Source of the DNA: a virus
IMG/VR virus record: IMGVR_UViG_3300042389_001027
Location: 64,619-128,618 of that record
Direction: 5' to 3' (one strand)
Length of the DNA: 64,000 nt
Shown here: positions 54,449-63,651 of the stretch, in pieces
Layout: each line of letters begins with the position of its first letter
How positions within the stretch are numbered: the first letter of the stretch is position 1
The notes under the pieces: generated by a model
What the model saw: the letters and a program-made list of their open reading frames with translations, nothing else
Databases searched by the model: none
Told to the model about the DNA's origin: nothing
Program-made: the position numbers and the translations under genes

Positions 54449-54561
54449 CACACAACAACAACAAACAGCAATACACACGGGACTACTGACCTTTTAGACG
54501 CGAGCAAAAGGCGCGGGCGTACCTACACCAAATTTTTAGAGTCCCACAACTTGATTTAGAT

Positions 54562-54741
54562 TTATCTGACTAGCGACTGTTGTGGTGGTTTGCCGTTGCG
54601 TGACGTTTTGAGTCCGTTGACGCATTTGTGGTTGTTGTACCACTGTTGTACGTGTTTCCATTCTTGCCATCGGAATGATTTGCGGTTGCAGAGGGTGCAT
54701 TGTCCTCTGTGGTTTTTTCCGATTGTGATGTTTTCTAGCAT
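54562..54741 (-). CDS. Small hypothetical protein (59 aa, not in the ORF track)
   Basis: Hand translation MLENITIGKNHRGQCTLCNRK...NHKC. Confidence 0.5.
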   Translation of the reverse strand: MLENITIGKNHRGQCTLCNRKSFRWQEWKHVQQWYNNHKCVNGLKTSRNGKPPQQSLVR

Positions 54742-54748
54742 GTTGTTT

Positions 54749-55102
54749 TTACTTGGTTGTGTAGGGGCAGAGGTTGGTTGTTGCTGCTTTGACGACTGCT
54801 TCGTTGAGTTCTGCGTCTTGTTGGTCTTCTGCGCCTTCGTTGATGCGTTCTTGTACGTCGTTTGGTTGCATTCCCATTTGGATTGCTTGACACCAGAGTC
54901 CTGCGATTTCTAGGAGTGTGTCGGGGTCTTGTGGGGTGTTGTCACCGTAGTGGTAGTAGAAGTCGTCTAGGTATGCCATTTGTGCAGGGTCGTATTCTGC
55001 TTGTTGTGTGGGGGGCGTGTCTAGGGGTTGGAGTGTGGTGGGGTCGCTTGTTGCGACTGTGCATCCTGTGAGGAGTGCTGCGAGTGTCAGGGTACGTAGC
55101 AT
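54749..55102 (-). CDS. Lipoprotein (DUF732-like)
   Basis: MLRTLTLAALLTGC lipobox; YL.....L...G...C...G pattern. Confidence 0.7.
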   Translation of the reverse strand: MLRTLTLAALLTGCTVATSDPTTLQPLDTPPTQQAEYDPAQMAYLDDFYYHYGDNTPQDPDTLLEIAGLWCQAIQMGMQPNDVQERINEGAEDQQDAELNEAVVKAATTNLCPYTTK

Positions 55103-55275
55103 TCTTCTACCATATCTGTCCACTGGGTGGGGTCTGCGTCGTAGTAGGTGCAGATTTCGTTGGGGTTGTAGGGGCGCGGTTCGGGCGGGTTGGTGACGCT
55201 GTCGTAGATTGACCATGCGATGAGTGCGATGAATCCCCAGAAGAAGATTCGTCCCCAGTTGATGTCTGTGTCCAT
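55087..55275 (-). CDS. Small membrane protein
   Basis: N-terminal TM helix; AAGGA RBS. Confidence 0.65.
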   Translation of the reverse strand: MDTDINWGRIFFWGFIALIAWSIYDSVTNPPEPRPYNPNEICTYYDADPTQWTDMVEECYVP

Positions 55276-55284
55276 TGGGTGTCC

Positions 55285-56424
55285 TTAGTTTGTGATGTTG
55301 ATGACGCGGGTTGATTCGCGAAATTCTTTGTTTGCTGTTTTGCCTTTTATGTAGTCGCTGACATACACATATCTGTATGCGTTGGGGTCTCCGACTGGGA
55401 GTCCTGTTGAACGCAAATATGCACGTTTCCAGTGACCTCTTACCCTGAATGCATACTTGGGTGAGGAGTGTGTGCCGCCGCCGTTTTCGTATTCTGCTCG
55501 TCGGAGTCTGAGTACGGTGAGGTAGCCGTTTTCTAAAATTTTTCTGTTGGCTCGCTTCGCTCGCTTGATGACGTGGCGGGGTGCTTCTTCGTGTGTTTGT
55601 GCTAGGTAGGAGTATGTGAGTCGGAAGAGTGCGATGAGGAACTTTTTCATTCCTCCGATTGTTTTGTCGTATTCTTCTGTTGAGTGGTTGAATCTGAAGA
55701 ATGTGGCGTCAAACATTGATGTTGGTGCGCCTTTTGCTTTTTTTAGTAGCATTTCCAGTGTTGCAATACTTGTGTTTGCGTTGAGGGTTTGGAGCAGTTC
55801 TTTTGTTGCGTTTTTGTATGTGATGCCTAGTTGAGTGATTTCTGCACAATCCGTTTCTGGGTTGTATTCCATCATCTCGTTGGTTTCAAGATTGCTCACG
55901 GATTTCCAATGTCCGAAGAATCTTACTTCTATGCCGTCGTAGTGGTTGAGGTCATCAGTTGTGTAGTCAACGCTGTTGATAACGTTGAACTGCACTGCTT
56001 TGAGGTTCCATTCCTCTCGTGCGTTGAATGTTTTCATATCGCCTGCGCCAGTGTCGTCTTTGTAGCCGTCGGTCACCGTAAGAAAATAGGAAAATGGTTT
56101 TTCAAAGACGAGCATGCCGTTTGGGACGAACACGTCTTGTGGGAGTAGCACGTTGTCTGGCATAGTGTCTCGCGCTTCGCACACTTCTTTCATTATTTCT
56201 TCGGACACGTAGATTGTTTGAGCGGTGCTGTGTCGTAGGTGTTCGTTTTTGAGTGTTTCTTCTGCGATGAGTTTTTTTACTGACGGGGTGGCTTTCATGA
56301 ACAAATCCATTGTTCCCGCCAACCATGTCATACGGTCTAGCAATACATCATTGGAACACGGGTATTGCGTAGACGCACATATTTGACTATGTATGTCCAT
56401 TGCAAGGTGCGCTTCGCTGTTCAC
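55285..56424 (-). CDS. Conserved phage hypothetical protein
   Basis: 379 aa; C-terminal VRGHWKR...YIKG motif. Confidence 0.75.
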   Translation of the reverse strand: MNSEAHLAMDIHSQICASTQYPCSNDVLLDRMTWLAGTMDLFMKATPSVKKLIAEETLKNEHLRHSTAQTIYVSEEIMKEVCEARDTMPDNVLLPQDVFVPNGMLVFEKPFSYFLTVTDGYKDDTGAGDMKTFNAREEWNLKAVQFNVINSVDYTTDDLNHYDGIEVRFFGHWKSVSNLETNEMMEYNPETDCAEITQLGITYKNATKELLQTLNANTSIATLEMLLKKAKGAPTSMFDATFFRFNHSTEEYDKTIGGMKKFLIALFRLTYSYLAQTHEEAPRHVIKRAKRANRKILENGYLTVLRLRRAEYENGGGTHSSPKYAFRVRGHWKRAYLRSTGLPVGDPNAYRYVYVSDYIKGKTANKEFRESTRVINITN

Positions 56425-56603
56425 GTGTTTTCTAGCCCTTTGACGATGATTTGCATGAGTTCTTCTTCGCTGAGTTTTGTGCTGGCTTCGGTCGCCTTGT
56501 AGCGAGTTTCTCCGTCTTTTCCGATGCTTACTTCCACGAGTCCGTTGACGATGAGGAAGTTGAGGTCGTCTTCTAGGTTTTCTTTGTTGTACTGGTTTGA
56601 CAT
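56421..56603 (-). CDS. Small winged-helix-like protein (leaderless)
   Basis: L..LI..GLVEV..G.DG...Y.AT; TTGACA promoter with TAATCT-N7-ATG. Confidence 0.65.
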   Translation of the reverse strand: MSNQYNKENLEDDLNFLIVNGLVEVSIGKDGETRYKATEASTKLSEEELMQIIVKGLENT

Positions 56604-56736
56604 GGCACTGAGATTACAGAGCCCCAATGGCTTTGTCAAGGGTTTTCATGAGGCTACCTAAAAATAATATACAGGACACTATTCCCAGTTAAATTTATTG
56701 GAATAGGGACTTCTATAGGCTATACTGGGGCAAAAT

Positions 56737-56810
56737 CCGAGTGTGGCGCAGTTTGGTAGCGCAGGGCGTTTGGGACGCCAAGGTCGGGAGTTCAAATCTC
56801 TCCACTCGGA
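56737..56810 (+). tRNA. tRNA-Pro(TGG)
   Basis: Acceptor CCGAGTG/CACTCGG; D arm GCGC-AGTTTGGTA-GCGC; anticodon loop TTTGGGA; T loop TTCAAAT. Confidence 0.92.
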
Positions 56811-56818
56811 CGGGATTC

Positions 56819-57316
56819 TTAGAGAATCCGAGACTGCCGCTGGAGAAGGTATTCCACAAGGTCGTCCATATGGCGTAGGTCGGCTTTATTGACGAGATAG
56901 AAGTCGTCGGTCAACTGTTGTTGCCTATCAAAGAATGTGCGTTTTGACCAGCGTTCGTACGACGAGACGCCGATAGCGAGCATCGCGCCAGTTACTTTGC
57001 TGACAAGGATGTAGGCGCAGGGTTTAAGAATCTTGTCTTCATAACTGCTTACTGTGTCAACAATCGTGTCTGCGAATGGGAAATCGGCTGGGTTGTCGGT
57101 GAATTCACGACTGCTGGACTTGACTTCCAGAATGTGGGGCAACCCTTCAAGAACAATGTCTTTTTCTGTCAGCGTTAAATGGCGACGCTCAGCGGAGTTT
57201 TGTGCAATCTGTAATTCTGGTGCGTGACATTTGATTTCACGGCTTTGCAAATATTCTGCTACTCGTTTGTTGTACGAATGTCCGTCTGTGAATGCTTTTA
57301 TGTAGTCGTACGGCAT
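56819..57316 (-). CDS. PD-(D/E)XK-like nuclease
   Basis: KDIVL...ILEVKS motif. Confidence 0.6.
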   Translation of the reverse strand: MPYDYIKAFTDGHSYNKRVAEYLQSREIKCHAPELQIAQNSAERRHLTLTEKDIVLEGLPHILEVKSSSREFTDNPADFPFADTIVDTVSSYEDKILKPCAYILVSKVTGAMLAIGVSSYERWSKRTFFDRQQQLTDDFYLVNKADLRHMDDLVEYLLQRQSRIL

Positions 57317-57317
57317 T

Positions 57318-57686
57318 TCACCAACCAGCGAAGTGTTTAATTATTGCTGTTGTAGCGAGCAAGACCCATACAACGTTGAAGATGATGATGGTTGGCAATG
57401 TTTTGCGTGTTGATGTCCATATGAGGGCGATGCTTGAAGCAATCGCAAAAATGTACAGCCACCACCACTGCTTTTCAAAAATAAGACCAGGGATAATGAT
57501 TGCTAGTTTTGTTCCGAAGCCCCATGCTTCTACTGCGTTTACGCGAGTCCAGTATTCTTTCGTGGAGAGTTTTTGTACGGCATCAACAATTTTCCCGAAG
57601 AAGATTACGAATTTATTTCGGTTGTCGTGCGTTTCTGGCGCAACTGTTGCTGATGTCGTTCCGTAACGTTTGATTGATTGGCTCAT
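57318..57686 (-). CDS. Membrane protein
   Basis: 3-4 hydrophobic helices; ATGA coupling. Confidence 0.7.
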   Translation of the reverse strand: MSQSIKRYGTTSATVAPETHDNRNKFVIFFGKIVDAVQKLSTKEYWTRVNAVEAWGFGTKLAIIIPGLIFEKQWWWLYIFAIASSIALIWTSTRKTLPTIIIFNVVWVLLATTAIIKHFAGW

Positions 57687-58870
57687 GATACAACCTTGGG
57701 GAATAGGGATTTCAGGTAGCCGATTTCTTTGAGGATTTCGTCGCTGTGTTGTCCGTGTGTTGGTGCTTCTCGCGAGATTATCAGAGGGGTGTGCGATAGT
57801 CGTGGAGCCTGTCGTGCCTCTTTGATTGTCAGTCCATTGGTGTATGTGCGTGTGGAGAAAACACCGCATGCTTCTACTTGCATGTTTTGTGGAAGTTCTT
57901 CTACTGATTCAAAAATTGCGGCGGGTAAGCCACGGTTATTAATTGCATCCGTGATTTCCGCAACTGTCACATTTTCTGCCGCTTTGTCGGTGAGTGCTAT
58001 AAGTGTTTCGGCGTTGTTGAATCGTGCGCCGATTGAAGAAAAGCGTTCGTCGCTAAGAAGAGACGTTAAACCTATGACATCTAGCCACACAGCGAATTCT
58101 TCGTCGGATGCGGGAGTTACGGCACAGTACCCGTCTTTAAGTTTTATTGTTCTGTAGTACTTGTCAATTGTGGCTGCACGTGTTGCGTCTTCGTTTTGTA
58201 CTGCTGCGTTCATGCCAAGGTCTTGCCACATGAATTGTGTTGCTACATCAAGCATTGAGACGGATACTTTTTGTCCGACTCCCGTGTTGGTGCGAGCAAA
58301 CAACGCAGCCATTACTGCTTGAGCGACGACGTGTGCGGTTACTTTGTCGCATACTAGTTGGTGTACCACTTCTGGCGGGTCGCTTTGTGCAACACCCATG
58401 CCAGTTATTGCTTGGAGCATGTTGTCATAACCTTTGTGGTCACGCTTCAGTCCTACGTCACCGAATCCTGTGATGTGCGCATAAATCAAGTTGGGCATTT
58501 CGTCTTTTACGTTGTCATAGGAAAGACCGAAGTTTTCCATTACCCCATGCCGAAAGTTGTGTATTACAACGTCTGCCGTTGACATTAGGCGACGAATAAT
58601 TTCGGCACCTTTGGCTTGTTTCATGTCAATGGCTAGCGCCCGCTTACCGCGATTGTTTAAGGCAAAGATTCCTGTCATTCCTTTTGCAGATGTTCCAACA
58701 AACCGCATGAGGTCGCAAGAGTTGTTGGGTTCTACTTTGATGACGTCTGCACCGTAGTCAGCGAGGATGCTCGCAGCAAAAGGACCAGCAATCATGGTTG
58801 AGAAATCAACAATTCGTATCCCCATAAGCGGTGGTGCGATTACATTTGGGATGGTTGGCAAATTTGTCAC
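57683..58870 (-). CDS. CoA-transferase family III (CaiB/BaiF)
   Basis: PL.GIRIVDFS..IAGP....LADYGADVIKVE...NRGKR...ADVVIHNFR.G...ITGFG..G...YD...QA..G...D. Confidence 0.93.
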   Translation of the reverse strand: MTNLPTIPNVIAPPLMGIRIVDFSTMIAGPFAASILADYGADVIKVEPNNSCDLMRFVGTSAKGMTGIFALNNRGKRALAIDMKQAKGAEIIRRLMSTADVVIHNFRHGVMENFGLSYDNVKDEMPNLIYAHITGFGDVGLKRDHKGYDNMLQAITGMGVAQSDPPEVVHQLVCDKVTAHVVAQAVMAALFARTNTGVGQKVSVSMLDVATQFMWQDLGMNAAVQNEDATRAATIDKYYRTIKLKDGYCAVTPASDEEFAVWLDVIGLTSLLSDERFSSIGARFNNAETLIALTDKAAENVTVAEITDAINNRGLPAAIFESVEELPQNMQVEACGVFSTRTYTNGLTIKEARQAPRLSHTPLIISREAPTHGQHSDEILKEIGYLKSLFPKVVS

Positions 58871-59148
58871 GAAAAGTGGTCTCCGTTGAAGTCACGGACG
58901 ATAATTGGCGTTTGTTCACCAACCCATGCGCCGATGCAGTTGAACTCAATGTATTCCTCTGCTTCGTCGTAGGTCATTCCATCTCTGAATACCAGTACTT
59001 TGACCATCTTGTCTTTGGAATAGACAGCAAGCATTGGTTCGTTGATGCGTTGACTAAACCCAATAAATGCGTCTTCAAAACCGTCCATCAACAGGACGGA
59101 TTCATCCATTTCTTCAAATAGGTTGCTGATTGTGTCTCGTAAGGTCAT
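58867..59148 (-). CDS. Conserved phage hypothetical protein
   Basis: DGFEDAFIG...AVYS..KM...EA.EYIEFN..GAWVGE.TP. Confidence 0.8.
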   Translation of the reverse strand: MTLRDTISNLFEEMDESVLLMDGFEDAFIGFSQRINEPMLAVYSKDKMVKVLVFRDGMTYDEAEEYIEFNCIGAWVGEQTPIIVRDFNGDHFS

Positions 59149-59155
59149 GGCGTTC

Positions 59156-59974
59156 CTATGGGGTGTGTTGTTCAATAAAGTCAATAAGTTTTGCGGCTGT
59201 TGTTTCGCCAGCGGCGGCTGGGTCGCTGCGGAGCCAGCGAAGGAAGTCGTACCATTTGCGCTGTTGTGCCGCATCGTCAAATACGAGTGTGTATTGAACG
59301 ACGGATTTAGTTCCGCCGCCAGCGCCTACTGCCCCTGAGCCTTGTGTGACCGCAGTGTGAATGTCGGTTCCTTTGGGGGCAGAGAGTGTGATGTCACCAT
59401 TGTCTTCTCGTGTTGTGACAATGTTTTGCCGTTGTGGTTCTTGTTCCTGTGTGGTATTTGGTAGCGATGTGGTTGACGAAATAATGTCATCAAGGTCACG
59501 CAAAATTGGTTGCTCGTATACGCCGGGTGTTGCTAGTTCCCCGCGCTCTGTTCCGAGGTCTAGCATTGCGAGTTCAAACTCATCCCAGCCGAGGTCTTCA
59601 AGTAGGTCGCCGAAATCATCAATGATGTATTCCATTGCGGCATGCAGCAGTGAATCGTCGGTATGTCCAAGTTCATTAGTTCGGTTGTCGGCAATTGCGA
59701 AAGCCATGGCTCGCGAATCGTCGGCGTCCATTTCAACTACGGCGATGTGCGTCCATCCCAGTCGGCGTGCTGCTTCCAGTTGATGATTTCCCGCAATCAC
59801 GGTTGATGTTCCGTCATTGTTTGGGCGAACGACGATTGGACGAACTTGTCCGAACTCTTCGTAGGACGCGGCGATGGCATCAATGTTTCCGACTCGGGGG
59901 TTTCCTTGTAGGTGCACCAGATTTTCTACTGGACAAGCAAGTGAGGCGATTGATTCGTGGATGTTGTGGTTCAT
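59156..59974 (-). CDS. ParB/Srx N-terminal domain protein
   Basis: NPR...I..S..EFGQ..PIVV...VIAGNH.LEAA..LGW...ADNRT.EL. Confidence 0.88.
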   Translation of the reverse strand: MNHNIHESIASLACPVENLVHLQGNPRVGNIDAIAASYEEFGQVRPIVVRPNNDGTSTVIAGNHQLEAARRLGWTHIAVVEMDADDSRAMAFAIADNRTNELGHTDDSLLHAAMEYIIDDFGDLLEDLGWDEFELAMLDLGTERGELATPGVYEQPILRDLDDIISSTTSLPNTTQEQEPQRQNIVTTREDNGDITLSAPKGTDIHTAVTQGSGAVGAGGGTKSVVQYTLVFDDAAQQRKWYDFLRWLRSDPAAAGETTAAKLIDFIEQHTP

Positions 59975-60122
59975 TTGCTCTTCCGTTTTTTCACTTTGTA
60001 ACCTTGCTGCTTGAGTTCGCTAAGTATGTGTTCGGGTAGTCCGTACCAAATGACGACACCTTTTGAGACGAGAGCAAGGGCGATGGCACGTTCTTTGGGG
60101 TTGTCTGGGAGTGGGTGTAGGT

Positions 60123-60464
60123 TTACATTTGTACTTGTGTTCGGACGTTGGCGTTCAATGTCCGCAGAGCGTCTATTGATGTCCGTAACGAAATCAACTT
60201 CTCGCGTTTGGCTTTCACTAACGCTTCTGCGATTTTGTAGTCGTAGGAGTCGTCTGAGAGTTTGTAGTCCGACCATGCTTCCCTTTCTCTGATGGAACCT
60301 TTTGCTGAAAGGTATTCCTTTGCCCAATTAGATTTATACAGTGCTTCTTTTTTTGCACAGTCTTCGGCTAGCGTTTCAAAAGTTTCTGTTTCTTCTTCAA
60401 GAATATCCATTAGGCGAATGAGTTCATTTTCAATATCAACTTGGCTAATAGGTTTAGAGCGCAC
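60123..60464 (-). CDS. Coiled-coil hypothetical protein
   Basis: 113 aa; AAGGAG RBS. Confidence 0.75.
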   Translation of the reverse strand: MRSKPISQVDIENELIRLMDILEEETETFETLAEDCAKKEALYKSNWAKEYLSAKGSIREREAWSDYKLSDDSYDYKIAEALVKAKREKLISLRTSIDALRTLNANVRTQVQM

Positions 60465-60996
60465 GGTTCTCCTTCGTGGTTTGAATGGATGTTAACGCGC
60501 CCCAATCTACCTTGTCAAGGGCTGATAATTGTGCGGCAGACCATGTGTAATCCGAAATACCGATACGAGTTCTGCACATTTCTTCAAGAATCCATGCGTC
60601 GCACATGTCGTCGGCTCCCTTGCCAGAAAAGACGAGCCCTGTTTTAGCAGATATTGATGACATCACCTCGGTTTTTGCAGCGTTACCCCGTCCTGTTGCG
60701 AACTTGGCGCGACATGTTGGTGGTATGTCAACGTACGGGATGTTTCTTTCCCAGAGGCGAGTTCTGACAACACCACCTAGTTCACCAATGCTGTGGGCTT
60801 GGCTATTACGTGAGGCAAACGAATAGCCCTCAATTGCTACAAGTTGGATGCTGTTATCAATAACTGCGTCTAGTACGGCTAGCGAAATAATGGACAGTCG
60901 TTCTGGTCCTTTAGCGGATGTTGTGATAGTTCCAGTTTTCCCGTTGGCGGATATGCCAGTAGATGTTAAAGACAGGTCAACTCCAAGAATGTTCAT
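60454..60996 (-). CDS. ruvC: RuvC-like Holliday junction resolvase
   Basis: ILGVDLSLTSTG, IEG, ELGG, KFATG.GNA.K, DD..DA. Confidence 0.88.
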   Translation of the reverse strand: MNILGVDLSLTSTGISANGKTGTITTSAKGPERLSIISLAVLDAVIDNSIQLVAIEGYSFASRNSQAHSIGELGGVVRTRLWERNIPYVDIPPTCRAKFATGRGNAAKTEVMSSISAKTGLVFSGKGADDMCDAWILEEMCRTRIGISDYTWSAAQLSALDKVDWGALTSIQTTKENRAL

Positions 60997-61051
60997 CGTA
61001 GCAACCTATCATTAGTGGTGTAGAATATGTAGGAACCACCTTGGGAGAGAT

Positions 61052-61756
61052 ATGTCTGGAATTACGCCCCCATCAATCGTCAATTATGAATGGGTAGTTA
61101 GGGATTCTGACCCTTCTTTCTTGAATGTGTCTTTCCCGTTCCGCGTAAAGATTGAGTCAATCTGGTTTACTACACAACAGAATTACGGCGCGACTAACGG
61201 GCTTTGGGGTACTAGTGAAGGTGGCATTGTGGATATTGAGACAACCGAAAGACAACTGTCTTTGTCGGTAACGAAGTCCAAGAACACTAAGACACAGTAT
61301 TCCTCCTCTGACAACCCAACAGAATTTGTGTATGCATTCCAAAATGTTGGATACGACGACATCGTTGACGAAACACTGAAGCCAACAATGTGGCTCGGGA
61401 ACCCAGACCTCGCCGCAGGGCGAATTGGCGCATTTTCTTCAGCAAGCGGTATAGTTGGAAGCCAATTGAGCCTTCGTAGCACTGCTGTGGCACCTATTGA
61501 GAAGGGATATGTTTTCAACTCAAGTTGGTCATATGACGAAACTTTATGGAATGAACGGGCATACCTCACCGATGTTGCTGTTATGAATACTGACGAATTC
61601 CTTCAGATTTTCCCTTATGCTTCTGGCACTGAGGGTGACTGGACAGGTTACGCAGACGATGCAGTAGTCACAATCTCAATTGCTTATAGCGGTCTTTCTA
61701 ACGAGACTGCAGTTTCTGCTACAGCGAAGCCTTGGACAGCATGGTGGAACGACTAG
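61052..61756 (+). CDS. Hypothetical protein
   Basis: 234 aa; GGGAG RBS. Confidence 0.7.
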   Translation: MSGITPPSIVNYEWVVRDSDPSFLNVSFPFRVKIESIWFTTQQNYGATNGLWGTSEGGIVDIETTERQLSLSVTKSKNTKTQYSSSDNPTEFVYAFQNVGYDDIVDETLKPTMWLGNPDLAAGRIGAFSSASGIVGSQLSLRSTAVAPIEKGYVFNSSWSYDETLWNERAYLTDVAVMNTDEFLQIFPYASGTEGDWTGYADDAVVTISIAYSGLSNETAVSATAKPWTAWWND

Positions 61757-61765
61757 TCTTGCCGA

Positions 61766-62362
61766 ATGGCAATGAAAATGGTCTGGTTCTGGAAGGGACC
61801 GCAACTAAACGATAAATGGTCAGTAGTAGCAAACTACGCTACTAATGAGCATCCGATTCCATCTACTGTTGAAGCAGATGACTGTCCAACAGAAGCAGAA
61901 CCTTTATCTTTCTGCATGTTGGACGATAATGGGAACTTGGTAGTGAGGCTCGTGGGCGAGCAATTTTCTGCCGCACCAGACCTGTGGTTTGTTGTAGAGG
62001 AAAAAACCACCCCTACTGACATGGTGACAGTCCACGCCATGGCTGGTGGGGCATTTCCTAATGGGACAGTGGTGGCTGTTAGGGATATCAGAAACTTCAG
62101 TTTAAAGGCGTCTGACCGCGTTGGGTTTCTGACGTGGTTTAGAGAAGACTCACGGATTCAGCAAATTTCCGTATCAGAAAATTGGCGTCGCATGCGAATA
62201 AGTACAACATTGTTTGGGGTGGCGGACATAATAATAGTGTCTGGCAATTACGGACAGTACTTGAATGGTGGAGACATCACAACAGATGATGGAGAAAAAC
62301 TACGAAAAGCGTGGGGCGCTTCATCAAGGGTGAACCGTCGTATCGGGAGCGTTGAAATCTAG
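61766..62362 (+). CDS. Hypothetical protein with a GNAT-like C-terminal motif
   Basis: IQQISVSENWRRMRISTTL...T.DG.K. Confidence 0.6.
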   Translation: MAMKMVWFWKGPQLNDKWSVVANYATNEHPIPSTVEADDCPTEAEPLSFCMLDDNGNLVVRLVGEQFSAAPDLWFVVEEKTTPTDMVTVHAMAGGAFPNGTVVAVRDIRNFSLKASDRVGFLTWFREDSRIQQISVSENWRRMRISTTLFGVADIIIVSGNYGQYLNGGDITTDDGEKLRKAWGASSRVNRRIGSVEI

Positions 62363-62661
62363 GATTCGTAACCGTGTTTAGCCAGACCTAAGTCAAATGC
62401 GAGTTGTGGGTGATTTCCGATACGTGTATGGCATGGTCTGCACACGCACATCAGGTTAGATTCATCCAGAATTGAGCCCCCTTGCGAGCGGCGCACTAGT
62501 TCATGGACATCCATGGAGGCGTTGCGACGGTACACAGGTTTCTCGTCATATTCTGCGAATACTGGACATGCTTCGCATAGGGGACGTTCTTCCAAGAGGC
62601 GAGCCACTAGTGGGCGACGAAGCCTATATTCCGCTTCCTTTTTGGGGGAACGGTGGCGCAT
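62359..62661 (-). CDS. HNH endonuclease-like protein
   Basis: CEAC...DVHE...RSQGG...NLMCVCRPCH. Confidence 0.85.
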   Translation of the reverse strand: MRHRSPKKEAEYRLRRPLVARLLEERPLCEACPVFAEYDEKPVYRRNASMDVHELVRRSQGGSILDESNLMCVCRPCHTRIGNHPQLAFDLGLAKHGYES

Positions 62662-63017
62662 CAGTGTGTATTGCTGCGACGATATGATTTCGGATTCTCG
62701 GTGAAGTCTTTCTTGCCGCACTGAAGGCAGGTTTTGCCCCATGGGTAGAAGCGTGTCATGTTGGTCGGGTGCTGACAATCCAAAAGTTGAGTGGCTGCAG
62801 CATTGCAGCATTCACGAACAAATTCCGACATAGAAATGCCCTGCTTTTCTGCGGCATCCTTCCAACGCTGGTGGTCTGCTTCGCTAGCACGTACGAGTAC
62901 TTGTTTTGCCGCTGGCTCACCAGGCTTTGAGCCTGTGTTGGTTGAGCGCGTCATGTCCAATGTTTCGGCAACTTTATCCATTGCTGCCTCAACATTGTCT
63001 GGCGTTTCGTTACTCAT
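62661..63017 (-). CDS. RHH DNA-binding protein with a C-terminal Zn finger
   Basis: VLVRA....H.RWK.AAE..GISMSEFVR; CQH...CLQCG. Confidence 0.7.
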   Translation of the reverse strand: MSNETPDNVEAAMDKVAETLDMTRSTNTGSKPGEPAAKQVLVRASEADHQRWKDAAEKQGISMSEFVRECCNAAATQLLDCQHPTNMTRFYPWGKTCLQCGKKDFTENPKSYRRSNTH

Positions 63018-63651
63018 TTTCAATTACCTCTGCATCAATTGGTTGATTAAATTCGGCACTATTCAACATTCGTTTATTGGATGTGTCTGAGCCTAGTATT
63101 TCGTTGATGGTATCTTCTGGCAATACGCCAGATTCCCCCATTAGTTGAAGAAGTTTTCTTACTTCTTCTTCTGGATTAAAGGCGTTCAGGGCTGCTGGTC
63201 GTTCAGCGCCTGCGAGTGTGGCGCGGATTGGGCTGTTCCCAACACTGTTGATATCCATTTGGATATTTACGTTGTTTTGTTCCATGCCAAGTAACTTGGA
63301 ACGCCTATCCATGATTGAAAGGGCGGTCTGTACTGCCTTCATATCTGGCTCTACTGCCACTTCTGTTCCATCGTCCATTTTGACTCTACGGTGTTGGGTG
63401 AGTGGCCAGATTGCTGCTTGGAGAGCGTCCAAGCGTTCTAGTTCCATTCGGAGAACTTCAGGGTAAGCCATTAGGGCTTCTGAGTTCATCTTCTGTAGTT
63501 GACGGCGAATTGCGCTTCCAACAGCACTAGTCGTCATGTTGAAGCGACGGGCAATTTCTGCTTGCGTCACCCCGCTTTGACGCATTTTGAAAATGCGCAA
63601 ATCCCGTTCTGCAAGGAACTCTTTATTTAGACCTTGTTGGGAGTTTGTCAT
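63010..63651 (-). CDS. HTH protein (terminase-small-subunit-like)
   Basis: RD..I..MR..G.T..EIA...; ELERLD.L...W...AV...L.IMDRR.KLLG. Confidence 0.65.
   Translation of the reverse strand: MTNSQQGLNKEFLAERDLRIFKMRQSGVTQAEIARRFNMTTSAVGSAIRRQLQKMNSEALMAYPEVLRMELERLDALQAAIWPLTQHRRVKMDDGTEVAVEPDMKAVQTALSIMDRRSKLLGMEQNNVNIQMDINSVGNSPIRATLAGAERPAALNAFNPEEEVRKLLQLMGESGVLPEDTINEILGSDTSNKRMLNSAEFNQPIDAEVIENE

Noticed and set aside
59971-60327. 118-aa ORF
   Set aside because: Its 5' half overlaps 60123-60464 in another frame and no credible start is visible for the plausible 3' part, so it is left unannotated.
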